Shown: positions 28,101 to 42,342 of the stretch, one piece after another
Layout of the letters: the number at the start of each line of letters is the position of its first letter
Numbering within the stretch: position 1 is the stretch's first letter
NCBI RefSeq assembly: GCF_003918875.1
Contig: NW_025766781.1
Location: 1,116,001-1,180,000, forward strand
Reading direction: 5' to 3'
Length of the DNA: 64,000 bases
Source: Haliotis rubra
Taxonomy: Eukaryota
Notes under the pieces: model-generated
The model's database searches: none
What the model was told of the DNA's origin: nothing
What the model saw: only the letters and a program-made list of their open reading frames with translations
Translations under genes and position numbers: made by a program

Positions 28101-31100
28101 TTATAACACGTTTAAAGTTTAATGTAAAAAGCTATCCATATTATGAAAGTGGAAAGCATTTAACATCAAAATGGATTGAACAGAAATGTCATATATTTTT
28201 CAATTCTTCTTCATGGAGTCTTTTTGCAATGTAATGGTTAGCGCTTCATTAATCTCTTGTGTAATTTGCTAATAAAAAGAATAAACGACTTGTTAAGATT
28301 GTAAATATACTTTCTGTGAGATGACAATTTGGTTGAAAAATCGCCTTTACATGACCGAATGATTAATTCATAGTTTTAATGAATCTGATGACGTCAGACT
28401 TGTCGGGGCCACGCCTAAGTAAACAAGTACAGTTCTTGCATCAGACCAAATAGCTCCATTCTTGACGATGCTTATTAAATTACCTCTACCCCTGAATGTG
28501 ATCTGTCATTCATCAAGCTGTCAGCCCACAAGGTCCAGCCAGACTAAACTGACCACTTGTCATCCTTCTCCGGCCAGACACCGACAGTGTCCAACTACTG
28601 TAATGAAAACACTATAATAAATCTTTATGTTTGAACGTTCCAATCGATTCCCTGTTCAAACGATACCATCTGATTCAATCACCCAATCTCAGCAGTATAA
28701 CTATATGACGGTTCTACGACAGACGAAAGTCTCCTGGCAATGTCAAGAAATCCCGTTCACCTGATCCAACGATAGAGGAGACAATATTCCATCGTTTTGG
28801 TACAATTTCATTTATTTAAAAGGAATTGCATCATTTCTCTCGGATGAATGCATATGTCAGTTTTGCCATTTGCCAAATCTTTTATGTCAAAGAACTCGGT
28901 CTTACATCAAAGAATTAGACAGGCTTCCTTTTCCATTTTGAAGTGAGCTTGTATGGTATTTAAACAGGTAATTGTTTTCTTGTCTGAGATGCAAGATGCC
29001 ACTTGAATTTCTATGATGTCCGCTCAAATACAAAAGTAAATGTATGGAGCTAACGTATTGTTCATCGTATATTATTGCAGCTATGTGAAAAAAAAGCACC
29101 TGATTAATCCACAAATATTTAAGATGGTATGGCACAACACTCTTTTATGGCCGCTATTTGGCACCTCGATTGTTGCGGCCTCTTTACTTGTCAGTTCAAT
29201 CAACTATGAATCTTTTGATCGTTTACATCAGGAACGTGGATAGTCGGCATTATTGCACAGGCCAATTCAGCATAACGTGTATTTATTACCTGGTACAAAC
29301 TCACCACACTAGAACCTCGCCGTTACGGATGTCTTGTAAAACACGGATATGGAATTACTGAGACATTAACATTATACGAACTTCATTAAACCGATATTTG
29401 TCAATCCGGACGATGATGCTAATCGTTACTCCTAGCATCTTAATAACAACCAAAGCGAAAATCCAGGTTACAAATATCCTCCAGCAACGCTAACTTGTCG
29501 TAAATAGAAACGAGAAAAGCCTTTCCACAATCCATAAGAAATCACTGCTTAAAGCAGAGGTTGATGATGGCACGGTCACGCTCGCTGAACTGTTTAATGC
29601 ATGTCATGGTATCCCAATATTGTTTATATCTATGCTCATGACATCAGTCACTGGATTGTGGTCCATACTATTTTATATTGCCGAGAGTGGCGTAAAGCAA
29701 CAACAAGCTATACTGTCCGTACCTTGGACGTCTATTCCTGACTCAGTTATTTACAGACCGTCATTATATATAATGGAGCTGGAATAACGCTACTTGATGC
29801 GTTGAAGAACAAACAAAATCCAAACGATCCGTGTGTCAAGGTGCTCAGTGGCCATCAACCTCAACTTGTCGCAGCTACTTACGTCAGACATAATATATTT
29901 AGAAACCATGGAATCCTAAACCGAGCGTTATCGCTAGTAATGCCACATATTTATTCACCATATAATAAGTATAAGCTGTATCTTTCACAAAGAGCGTCAC
30001 GCTCAAGGAAAAACAAGCTGATCATATAATTATCTATTATTTACGTGCATATTTCTAAATTATGGCGTTTCATTTATAAATAATGCATGTACGAGTGAAT
30101 TATTTACTTATTCAAGTGTGATATCAAATCGATAACCATATACTGCCCCGATACTCTCCATCGTTCACTGGAAGTAAATATCTCAAGGTTAGAAGTCTTT
30201 ATTGAAGTTAGCAATCTATTTAAAACATGGCAAAATGTGAAACAAACATATTTTTCCGGGAGGAATTTATATACATAAATAAGAAGTATATTTCCGGAGA
30301 AGTTATTGATTTAAACAATGTAAATGCTCTGTCTCTTCATCATATAGAATCTATGGCAAAATATGTGGGAAACCCCATACAGTGTATTTCTCAAACGATG
30401 AGAACGGACAATGACAATAGAGGTTCAAGGTTTTGTTAATATTACATCACCTCATATACAACAGTCTCTTGATATTAATATAACGATATAACCTTGATGA
30501 TGGCATTCATAATTTCTTTATTTCTTGTTTAATGCCTTCCATATTAACGCTGCAAGTTTCCAGCTATGACGGTGGTCTGTATAGAGTATGCAGCGTCCAG
30601 AACAGACCAATCCACTGACTGGCATCATAAGCTCTGTGAGATACAATGACATGTTTCAACCAAGTCAGCAAGCCTGGCTACCCGATCCCATCGCCTTTTA
30701 CGACAAGCATGGGCTGTGTAAGACCAGTGGTAACCGAATCTGCACAAATATGTCTGGAAATATCACTGTTTCCTTGTGATCTGAACTTTGAATGAATATT
30801 TGAATATTGAAGAAAGAATCTCAGTGCCATGCCTGTACGGCATTTGGATGCCAAATCATGATAAATGGTGAAGGTTAGAAAAAACGTCACTCTGTTCGAA
30901 TCGTTTGAACGCCATGAGCATGATAATCCCACTCCTCCAAACGGTTTCCCTTGGGGATCCCGGGATATCTCTTTATCGTTGATGGCCAACCAAATACCTG
31001 ATTGAAACAGATTCTCGTGACACTTAGCAATCCTTAAATATTTATGAAAGACAAACAAAATCGATTTGGATAACAAAGACACTTGGAAAAAGAGATTAAT

Positions 31101-34100
31101 GATAGAGCAGCTGTTTCCTATAATTATAGAAATAGGTTTTGTTGCCTTTTTTGTAAACACCATTATAATACATGCATAAAAAATACATATACACGCAACG
31201 TTTTGTAGGTATTTTTTGTCTTACCCATCTCAGCATTATTCCAACTATTCCAACCAATTCTTATCAGAGGCATAACGGTTTGATGACGTTATGTAATTAC
31301 GGGGGATGTTCTTCCTTGGTTTAATGAATGACCACATAGCTCACAATTCTCCGTATGACATTCAGGTACTTCAGTGACTTGTATTTAAAAGCGTTGTGCT
31401 TTGTGATTAACTTCTCAGGGATGAAGTTAAACTAAGAGTGATTTAACATGTATCACTCACTCACTCACTTACTAAGAATATATACCGATCTACACACATA
31501 CATGTACTACGTATACACACTATTTGTAACAGCATAACGATTTAATCTTGTCGATGACATTCAGAATGCGTGTGTTTCTTGTTTAACCCCACAAGGTAAA
31601 TGACGATGATATGTAAAGAGTCAGTAGAGTCCGGACGAGACAATCACATGGATTAACCAAGTCAGCAAACCTGATCACTCGACTTCCAATCCTCCAACCA
31701 GTCTCCCTTGGGGGATCCCGGGATATCTATTTTTCGTTAATGGTTTCTGATTGAAACAGATACTGCTGGCACATAGTAATACTTAAATATTTATGAAAGT
31801 CAAACAAAACCGATTTGGATGTCAAAGACAAATAACACTTGGTAATAGATATTGATGATAGAGCAGCTGTTTCATATGATTATAGAAAAAGGTTTCGTTC
31901 TCTTATTGTAAAGACGATTATACGTACATAAAAATATATACACACAATGCTTCCATGCTTTATTGTCTAACCCGGACGTATCAGTAGTCTATCTCTTGAA
32001 AAGTAAATTCTTATCAGGGGCATAGGGATTTGAGGACGTTATGTAATTACTGGGGATGTTTTAATGAAAATTAACCGGAAGGAATAATCCCGTCACTCAC
32101 AATTCTCCGGATTGCATTCACGTCAGCGACCTGCATTTACAAGCTTTGTGATTAACTTCTCAGGGATGAAGTTAAGCAAAGGATCATTCAACATGCCTGT
32201 ATCGCGTTGGAAGGAATATCGTGACAGTTCATTTGTATTTTACAACCACAGTTTCACTTTAAAGCAGATGATCTGATGGATCTGATTTATAAACCTTGTT
32301 ATCAGATCGATACAACGTTCAGAGGACAAATCTGGTTAAAACATTCACGCAGGTGATTTGTGTGACATCGCATGCGCAACAAAAGTAGGGACTTTGAATT
32401 ATTTAAATGTGTCAAAACGTTCAAAAACAGCTCTTTCATAAATAATTTCTCGCTGTGTTTGAAGTCAAAGCAGATCATAAAGATCAAATTATATCAGCAA
32501 AATATCGCTGTATGCGATAGGGATGCTTAAAACTTCCCACGCTGAACGTTCTTCCAGCTTCACTAAGCTCTTGTCCACAACTGCCTAAATGAGTATCTAA
32601 TCGCTGGCATGTTGGACACCACTTACCTTAGCATGAGTATGAGAGAAAACACAGAGTGATCCCATTTTAGTTCACCCATCCTAGTAATTTCTCCGACGTT
32701 GTGGCCGCAATTCGTTATGCAGTTTTCGTTATGCTGTATCTTAGGCGTACCAGAATCCAGTGATCATGGGTTCGAATCCAGATTTGTGTTTTTAGTATTT
32801 TCTTAAGCAATAGCCGTGCCCGTGCTCAACCTCCTACTGTTCTAATTTCAATCATCCATGGATAGAAAGGCGCTACGTTATTTTGTAATGAAGTTAAGCA
32901 TTCTTGTTCTTCTACCAACAACAACAGAAAAATGATGTCAAGACATTCTGTGAAAACGTTCGACTTGTTTCCGAGGTTGGTTGTTAGTGGAGATCGACAG
33001 AGTGTCTCATTTGTCTTTTTAAGTAGATGTCAAGATAACATATTCTCTGCAACAGCGTTAACCCCACGTCCGGAAAGAAGAGATGTTTCAATAAACTGTG
33101 GAAATGTACTGTTGTCTCATAAGGAAATTAATCTCTATCACTTGATATGATACATTAGCCTTCCATTGTAATTCAGTAGAAATTCAACACAAACGCCCCC
33201 TAAACTGTTAACATTGCTGACTTGGTAATTAATTCTGCATCCTAGATGTCCTTCAAGTACATGCCAAACTCAGCGTCTGATCTCCATGGCAACAGGCAAG
33301 ATACTTTCCAAATGAGACCAGGCCTCAAAGATCAAGAGCGGCAACCTAGCGCTTGAAAGCCAACACCTGTAATATTTTAGCCGGACTTGTTATCTGCCAA
33401 ATCGGCAGTGTAATATGTCAAGGACTATGGTGATTACATGTGGTTGAATCATTGGGTTTTATTGTTATTCCACGATCTACTACAGCTGAAGAGCTACTGG
33501 GCCATACGGTAGATTTGAGCTGTGGAACCCCTGAAATGCAGATATGTACTCAAATTTGTTTCCGGGTATATTTCTTTCTGAATGAAAATCATAGCAAGGG
33601 CGAAAGTTCCATGAACCTTGCTCCCTTCAGGGACGTATACTGCACAACAAATGTCAGCATCTCAAACATAATTACCAAGGCCACTGCATTTAGTTATGCC
33701 ATACAAGTATTCATTTAAGATCAGACAAATATAATTTATGTATGGAATACTGAAGGGCAGATTTCGACAAAATATCAGGTCAGTCGGTACCTAACTTTTC
33801 TGTCACACGTCGAGAACGCGACCATGCGAAAACGGGCCAATATCGAAACATCCAACGAATATCACGTCTTGTCGTAGGTTCAAATTTGTTGCCTGCAACA
33901 AGTAAAACAGTAAAGCGATAGTAAACTGTTATATTTAAGTTTATGGCATATTCGGAGAACGGTATCATATTCTTACAACAGTATTAACCATAATTCTTCC
34001 TTTTTATGTGAAAAATAATTAGAAATTCTGATATCATTCTTTGTTTGTTGGTTGTTTGTTGTTCAACGCCGTACTCGGCAATATTATGGTATGCATGTAG

Positions 34101-34170
34101 TGTAAGCCATAGCCACAGGACAACCTCTGTCCCCTTGGTGGTTACCAGAATGGAATAGTAACGTTGAACG

Positions 34171-34337
34171 CGGGACGGTGGGGTAACCTACTGGTTCAAG
34201 CCTTCGTTCGTAACGTCGAAGACCCGGGTTCGATTCACCACATAGGTCCAATGTGTGAAGCAATTTCTGGTGTGCCCTGCCTTGATATTGTTTGAATATT
34301 GCTAAAAGCGGCGTGAAACTAAAATCACTCATTCACT
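34171..34337 (+). mobile_element. tRNA-derived SINE family B (~165 bp)
   Basis: A/B boxes ('taacctactgg', 'ggttcgattca'), body 'tgtgtgaagcaatttctggtgt', shared 3' tail; same position in the unit as 42343-42504. Confidence 0.85.
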
Positions 34338-35782
34338 AACGTCCAATGCCGTTTACGAACACAACATTGGTGCGGGGAAAAGTGAAAATGGACTTCATAT
34401 CGTTTTGTGATAACCACACAACTGGTGAGACAAGCGAACCTCCTCTAAAATGTTCTACACCTCATATCGACATTGCCCCCGCACCATAACCTCTTTCGAT
34501 TTTCGACTGTTAAAGGGTGACACGATAAGATGACATTGTTCTTGTTTTTCAGTGGCTGTGTTGACGTAAAGGAATTTTTGTCAAAGATCACAACGAAACG
34601 TATTTATTTCATTAATGTCATCAGGTGACGGGTTACGCACTTCAGTAATTCCCTCGACGGACAATCTTCTAAAGCACGAAAATGCGTCATTTGAAAAGTT
34701 TGACATGCAGTGCAACACTTGGCTTAGAAAATGACCCTTACTAGAAATTGATTTTTACGTTCCAGAACGTAGTAATAGCGTGTGGATTGCAAGACTACTT
34801 GCAAGTTTTATACACAATGTAAAATGGGCTCTGTAACATGTTATTTGGATTTGTAACAGCCTTTCAAAAGTATTTCTGGAGCAAACGAGCTTCATCGTCT
34901 CTGCAATCACCTTAATGCTCCTGTCGCTGAAATGAAGCGGAAAGTCTAAGGGGCAATTGCCTCCATTATTGGTTTAACGTTACATTCATCGGAACTTAAC
35001 TTTAACAAACATCCATGCAAATGCTGACTTGAGTAACGAATAATGAGGAAAAAGTATCACACAAACATTAATAAAAGGTTTACAGTTCACGAAGTTGTTT
35101 TCAGTCAGAAAAATACACAAAAACATCAATATCCCGGCATGTTCTGAAAAATACAACCCGTCAATGTATCCAGCATAACTAAATTCATTTATATTGCTTG
35201 GAAATCCCTTTACTCAAGCTTGTTAAATATCAGTGTCATCACCACGGTCATAACCTGATAAATGCGGCTTACTGAATGACTCTTGAATCACATGATGAAA
35301 GTCACGGAAACCTGGTAATGCCATTCTTTTTGGTGAGGTCTTGAACTGAAACGGTCACGTTTCCATCGTATGAGAATTTAAGATCACTGCGAAGGTAATT
35401 TTCTTACCTTTCAACAATTTCTGCTGTGATTGCCGTAACCATCTAGTAATGTATATACTTATGTATTTTATGTTATGGTAATGATAATTACAGAAGCTAA
35501 TGTAACCTTCTGAATTCAACCAGTGGATACCAATGAACATCTCTGCATTCAACGTGGAGAAATATATCAGTATATAGCGCTGCATTCTTCCAGGGGATGT
35601 CATTACAGAGCAATGGATTCACACAAAGACAATTGTATGTAAACATTTATATTTAACTAGTAATGACATTTGAATCGCCAACGGTTTAATTATCAAAACC
35701 ATACTACTCCCAATAAAGACTGAAGTTCATAAGAAGTTCTTCCTCGGAAATGTCTTTTCTATACGAATCCTCTTTTATCTTT

Positions 35783-35933
35783 TAGGGATAGCCTAGTGGT
35801 TAAAAAGTTCACTCGTGAAGCCGAACATCCTGGCTCGACTCCCCACTTGGGTGCAATGTGTGAAACGCATTTCTGGTGTCCCCCGCCATGATATTGCTGG
35901 AATAATTCCAAAATTGTAATTCTAAACTCACTA
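35783..35933 (+). mobile_element. tRNA-derived SINE family B, degenerate
   Basis: 'tagcctagtggttaaa...ggctcgactccccacttgggtgcaatgtgtgaa...catttctggtgtccccc'. Confidence 0.8.
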
Positions 35934-37427
35934 ATTCTACAACGTTTTAAATATGAGTCGTTATAACAGATACCACAATGTGATGAAACTAACAAACCGA
36001 CTCGACTCGTGTGAACCGATGACGAGACGATGTGTCAGTCATTGATTTGCCTCCAGAGTCCCGGGCTCATCTCAGGTGGGTTTATGGTCACATCTGACAG
36101 ATTGTTGGGCAGGGTGTAATAGCGCTATAGGTCACACTGTCTCCTTACTGTACAGAGGGTCTCCTGGAGGTCCTTGTCCGTGGACAACTTCAGCTACATG
36201 CTCTGCGTTTCATGTTTACATTTAAATAAGATTTATCGGAATAACATGATCATGAAATATTAAATTTTGTAACTGAGGAAAAATGATAATGTATGTGAAA
36301 AAGAAGACATCCTATGAATCCACAAATACTTAAGATGGTATGGAACAACGGTCTTTTATGGCCGCTATTCGGCCCCTTGACCATTGCGGCCTCTTTACTT
36401 GTGAGTTCAATCTATGAATTCAAACTATGAATCTTTTGATGGTTTACACCAGGAACGTGGATAGTCGGTGTTATTGCAAGGGCCAATTCAGCATAATGAG
36501 TATTTATTCCCTTGTACAAACTCACCACACTAGAACCTCGCCATTGCGGATTTCTTGAAAAAGACGGGTATGGAATTACTGAGACATTAAAGTATACGAA
36601 CTTCATTAAACCGGATATTTGTCAATCCGGACGATTATTTAAATCGTTACTCCTAACATCTTAATAACAACCAAAGCGAAAATCCAGGTTACAAATATCC
36701 TCCAGCAACGCTAACTTGTCGTAAATAGAAACGACAAAGCCTTTTCCACAATCCATAACAAATCGCTGCTACTGATGGCACGGCGACGCTCGCACACCAA
36801 TTTGATGCATATCATGGTATCCTAATAATGCTCATGACATCAATCACTGGATCGCCTGGTCCAGACTATTATATATTAATACTTTAGCTGAAATATTGCC
36901 TAGTGTGACGTTAAACAACAAATCAATCCTCTATAATCAGATGCTCTATTCCTGACTCTGTTGTATACAGACCGCTGTTGTATACAATGTAGCTGGAATA
37001 ACTGAGTGGGGCATTTAAGAACAAACAAGTTCAAACGAGTAATCGATCCGTATGTTATGGTGCTCAGTGACCGTCAACCTTCTTCAACGTTCTGGCAACT
37101 GGTCTCCATTGTAACAGCTACTTATGTCAGACATATGTACCAGGAAACCATGGAATCCTAAACCGAGCATTATCACCATTAATGCCGCAGAATTATTCAC
37201 CATGTAACAAGTATCAGGTGTATCTTTCACACAGAGCGTCACGCTGGGGGAAAAACAAGTTGATCATATAATTATCTGTTATTTCCGTGGCTTGTGTTGG
37301 TTCTAAATCACCTGCAGAAGACTGCATTATTCACTTTTAAAGGGTGATATGTTTCAAATCTATAACCATACGCTGCCATGATACTGTCCATTGTTCACTG
37401 GAAGTGAATATCCCAAGGTTGGAAGTA

Positions 37428-38723
37428 TAGTATGACCAGATATTTTTGAGAATTTTAGGAATATGTTTAATTGGATTTTTATTAGATCAACCTTGACCAG
37501 CTATCAAGTGCAAGTGCTTGGTTTCATTCAAGAGAGACAACTAATCCTTATTCATTAGTTTGTGAAAAGTTATCCCCCTTTGTTTACTTGCTAGCAGACG
37601 ACATTTTCAGTGATCCTCAGTATGGATGATTTAGAGAAGAGGAAGTTGATTTTAGAGTATTATAACAAGGACATCAGGTCAGCTAAAGTGATTTCAAGTA
37701 GAACAGGCATCCCTTTGTCCACTGTTTATCGTGTTTTGAAAAATATTACAAATGGATATGGCATTGAGCACCAGGGAGGCACAGGTAGGCCCAGAAAATT
37801 GACTGTCGGTGACAGGAGGCGGCTTGGTATTCTTGTTTCTAAAAAGAAACGAAGGAGTTTAGAAAACTTAAGGCTGGATATGATTGATAGAGGAACTGTG
37901 GCAGTCAGTAAGGAGACAATTAGAACTGAGCTGCATGCAATGGGTTGGCAGAAAAGTCGAGGAATTCCATCACCGATCGTGAAACCTGAACAAAAGGAGC
38001 GAAGGTTGAACTGGTGCTTACAGCATAGAAAGTTTAACTGGGACAATGTGATTTTCTCAGATGAAAGTTCTGTGTGGCTGTTTCCTAATACACTGAAATT
38101 CTGGACCAAACAAACTGAAAAACCTTTGTATCAGCGCCCAAAGTATAGTCCGAAATTTAACGTGTGGGGTGGCATATCTGTGTTAGGGGCAACACCCCTC
38201 TATGTATTTGAAGGGAATATGAACAGTGAGCGGTACACAGATATTCTCGAGGGACATTTACTTCCATCTGCTCACGTGTTCTATGGAAATTTTGGATTTT
38301 CCAGCAGGACAACGACCCAAAACATCGTTCAAAGCATTCACAGGCCTGGTTTCGGACCCAAAATATGACATTATTAGATTGGCCAAGCTACAGCCCTGAC
38401 CTAAATCCAATAGAAAATGTTTAGGGACTTATGAAGAAAAGTGTCAATAAGAAAAATCTGACAAATATTGCTGAAATGAAAGAAGAGGTGGTCCGATATT
38501 GGGACCGCATGGACCACGACTTTCTAACTTCTTTGATCAGTAGTATGCCCCGCCGCATTGAAGCCTGCATTGCTGCCCATGGTGACTTGACAAAATGCTA
38601 ACTGTTCACCCGTCTTTGAATCTGGAGTTATGTTCTGCTAATATTCACATTTAATGCGTGAGTAATAAGTGAAAAAATATAAAAATTACAATCTTAAATT
38701 CTCAATAATTTCTGGTTGTACTG
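37428..38723 (+). mobile_element. Tc1/mariner DNA transposon (DD34E), ~1.3 kb, defective
   Basis: Imperfect ~30-bp TIRs (tagtatgaccagatatttttgagaatttt ... aaattctcaataatttctggttgtactg); TA TSD at 37426-37427 / 38724-38725; empty site 'gaagTAttagca' seen in a paralogous copy (~20329-20340). Confidence 0.95.
37622..38601 (+). pseudogene. Tc1-family transposase pseudogene
   Basis: HTH and GRPRK linker, FSDES, QQDNDPKH, WPSYSPDLNPIEN (34 aa between the second D and E); frameshift at ~38290 and premature TAG at 38422-38424. Confidence 0.93.
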
Positions 38724-39416
38724 TATTAGCAATAACATTAGCCTAGAACACAATAGGAAACAAACACATTTTCCCCTGCAGAATTTAAATAGATAAACAA
38801 GTAACGATCAATAACCACTTCGGGAAATACACTTCTCATTTATGTATTTAAATTCTGCTGAGGAAAATATGTTTGTTTCCTACTGTGTTTTAGGCTAAAC
38901 TGATTGGTAATACTTCTTACCTTGGGACTTCAGCAGCCAATGTAAATGTAGTGTTCATCGTATATTATTGCAGCGATGTATATACTCAGTGTCTTCATAT
39001 CGTATACCATCTACGGCAAAATATGTAGGAGACAGGGTACTGTTCAACCCACCCAGGCTTACGTATTTCAGAAACCACTGTACAATATAGAGGTTAGATA
39101 ATGAGAAAGTATATTGACAACATAGGCTCAAAGTGCTAAGTGTTAAGAATATATACCTATCTCCACACATACATGTACTGCGTATACGGCCTGTTTGTAA
39201 CAACGATTTAATCTTGTCGATGACATTCAAAACGTGTTTTTTTTTGTTTAACGCCACAGTTTCCAGGTAAATGACGATGATCTGTAAAGAGTCAGTCGAA
39301 TCCGGACCAGGCAATCCAGTGAGCATCGATCTGACATGCAATCACATGGATTAACCAAGTCAGCAAGCCTGATCAGCAAGTCAGATTGTATGTCTGATGT
39401 TTACGGTTATTATGTA

Positions 39417-39667
39417 GTGAGTGAGTGAGAGAGTTTAGTTTTTACGCCGCACTCAGCAATATTCCAGCTATATGGCGGCGGTCTGTAAATAATCGAGTCT
39501 GACCAGACAATCCATTGATCAATAACATGAGCATCGATCTGCGCAATTGGGAACCGATGACATGTGTCCAACCAAGTCAGCGAGCCTGACCCCCCGATCC
39601 CGTTAGTCGCCTCTTACGACAAGCATGGGTTACTGAAGATCAATATTCTAACCCGGACCTTCACGGG
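39417..39667 (-). mobile_element. SINE-like family A, full-length, young
   Basis: Near-consensus reverse copy with (GAGT)n tail. Confidence 0.88.
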
Positions 39668-41944
39668 TCGGGTAATTATATAAGTAGTCATGGAGATATT
39701 ACGGTGTCCTTAGTGATCTCAAACTTTGAATGAATAATTGAATTGTACATTAAGAACACAGTGTCATGTATGTACGTGGATTGAATACCAAATGTTGATA
39801 AATGGTGAAGGTTAGAAAAGTTGTCAGTTCAAAACAGTGCGTGTCCAACCAACCTCACCTGGGGGATCCCGGGATATCTATTTATCGCTAATGGTTTCCG
39901 ATTGAAACACATACTCTTGGCACATAGCGATACTTAAATGTTTATGAAAGTCAAACAAAACCGATTTGGATATCAAAGACAAATAACACTTGGTAATAGA
40001 GATTGATGATAGAATAGACCAGCTGTTTCATATGATTATAGAAAAAGGTTTCGTTCTTTATTGTAAAAACGATAATACATTATATGTACACAATGTTTCC
40101 CAGCTGTTGTTTTTGTTGTTGTTGTTGTCTAACCCGGACTCGGCAATATTCCAGCTCGTGGAAAACCATATTTTATCAGGGGAATAGGGGTTTGATGACG
40201 TTATGTACTGGGGATGTTCTGCGTTGGTTTAATGGGAATTGACCAGACTGAGTAACCGCTCCCTTCACAATTCTCCGGATTGCATTCAGGTCATTGACCT
40301 GCATTTAAAAGCGTTGTTTTTTGTGATTAACTTTTCATGGATGAAGTTAAGCAAAGGATCATTTAACACATATATTTCCTGATGGAAGGAATATCGTGAC
40401 AGTCCATTTGTATTTTACAACCACATTTTCTCGTTAAAGCGGATGATAGCTCAGTTGGATCTGATTGATAAATCTTTAACCAGATCGATGCAACAATTAT
40501 AGGACAAATCTGGTGTAAAACCTTCAACCCAGTGATTTGTGTAACATCGCATGCGTAACTAAAATAGGGACTTTGAACTATTTAAATGTAAAAAACATTC
40601 AAAAACATTTCTTTCATAAATCATTTCACGCTCTGTTTGAAGTCAAAGCAGATCATAAAGATTAAATTGTAGAAGCAAAATATCAGTGTATGCGATAGGG
40701 ATACTTGACACCTCCCACGCTAAACGTTCTTCCGGCTTCACTGAGCTCTTGTCCATAGCTGCCTAAATGAGTATCGGTGGCCCACTGGACATCACTCACC
40801 TTAGCATGAGTATGAAAGAAAACACAGGTGTGTGATGTAAAATGTTTCGCGCAAAATGTACCCCAGCAAATTGGTTAGTTGATCTGCCGAAAGATTCAAT
40901 CGATGTATGAACATGTCTCTGTGTTATTATAATGTGAGTAGAATGGAGTATCAGGCATGCTTTTGTTGTGGGGTTTGTCGCGTATTGACTAGCGTGTTGA
41001 ACGTCTTGCGCAAACTAGGAGTGATCCCATTTTAGTTCGACCCTCCTTGTATTTACTCAGACGTTGTGGCCGCAATTCGTTTTGCAGTTTTGCGTATCTT
41101 AGGCGTGCCAGAATCCAGTGATCACGGGTTCGAATCCCGATTTGTGTTTTTAGTATTTTTCGAAGCAATTCTCATTTCAATCACCGATGGGTAGTATGGC
41201 GCTACATATTTTATTTTGTAATGAAGCATCCTTGGTCTTAGACCAACATCAACAACAACAGCAACAGAGAAATGACGTTAAAACATTCTGTGAAAACGTT
41301 AGTGGATATCAACAGAATGTCTCATTTGTCTTTTTAAGTAGATGTCACGATAAAACGGTTTTGGCAACAGCACTAAACCAACGTCCAGAAAGAAGATATG
41401 TTTTACCAACATGGAAATGTACAGTTGTCTCATGAGGGAATCAATCTTTATCACTTGAAACGAAACATAAGCCATCAATTTTAATTCAGTAGAAAGATGT
41501 AACACAACTGCCCCCTAAACAGTTAATATTGCTGACTGGGTAATTTATTCTGCTTCCCAGATGTCCTTCAAGTACATGTGAAACTCAGAGTCTGATCTCC
41601 ATGGCAAGGTACTCAAAGGCAAGACCAGAGACGCCCTCAAAAAAATCAGGATTGGCAACCCTGTAAGGGAGATTTCAACAAAATGTCAGGTAATTTTTCT
41701 GTCACACGTCGAGAACGCGACAATGTGATAACGTGAGAATATCGACACATTCCAACGAATATCACGTCTTGTCGTAGGTTGTTCACGTTTGTTGCCTGCA
41801 ACTGGTAAAACTATACAGCGGTGGTAAACTGTTATATGTACGTTTATGGCATATTCGGAGAAGGGTATCATATTCTTACAACAGGATTAACTATAATTCT
41901 TCCAGTTTTATATACAAAATCAATCAGAAACTTTAATGTCATTA

Positions 41945-42087
41945 TTTGGCTGTTGGTTGGTTTGTTGTTAAACGCTGCTCTCAGCAATATTCCAGCTATA
42001 AGGCGGCAGTCTGTAAATAATCGAGTGTGGACCAGACAATCCAGTGAGCTAATATATGAGCATCGGTCTGCGTAATTGGGATACGAT
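41945..42087 (-). mobile_element. SINE-like family A, partial
   Basis: 'ctcagcaatattccagctata...tctgtaaataatcgagtgtggaccagacaatccagtga'. Confidence 0.75.
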
Positions 42088-42172
42088 ATTTTGTGGGTGT
42101 AAAGTTTGGTATGCATGTAGTGTAAGCCACAACCAAAGGTCAACCCGTGGTGGTTAATACAACGGGATAATA

Positions 42173-42334
42173 CTGACTGAGTTTGGCTTTACGCCGCTTT
42201 TAGCAATATTCCAGCAACATCACGGCGGGGGACACAGAAATGGGCTTCACACGTTGTACCCATGTGGGGATTCGAACCCGGGTCTTCGGCGTGACGAACC
42301 AACGCTTTAACCGCTAGACTACCCCACCGCCCCC
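42173..42334 (-). mobile_element. tRNA-derived SINE family B, young
   Basis: Reverse copy with intact A/B boxes; lies head-to-head with 42343-42504. Confidence 0.88.
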
Positions 42335-42342
42335 AACGCGTG

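Larger units (their letters stand above)
26130..36290. repeat. Array copy 4 (B, C, D, E, F-G partial, F, G, I, J, K)
   Basis: Blocks in order with an internal F duplication (~30760-31450 and ~31690-32100); lacks Penelope block H. Boundaries approximate. Confidence 0.8.

Noticed and set aside
30678-31163. 161-aa minus-strand ORF as a real gene
   Set aside because: No recognisable motif; it runs into a SINE remnant and is not open in most sister F blocks. It may simply be the antisense shadow of a + relic.
34613-34670. RdRp motif B-like 'MSSGDGLRTSVIPSTDN' in block J
   Set aside because: Spacing differs from SGxxxTxxxN and no GDD/GDN follows, so it cannot support an RNA-virus call.
37726-38109. 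127-aa minus ORF, and similar ORFs overlapping 53732-54776 and 56085-57750
   Set aside because: Shadow frames of the transposase and RT sequences.
41050-41140. tRNA-His-like gene ('cgttgtggccgca' plus 'ggttcgaatcc'; also ~32690-32780)
   Set aside because: The anticodon-arm-like string and the T-loop are ~50 nt too far apart, with no acceptor or D stem. Chance, or a very old relic.
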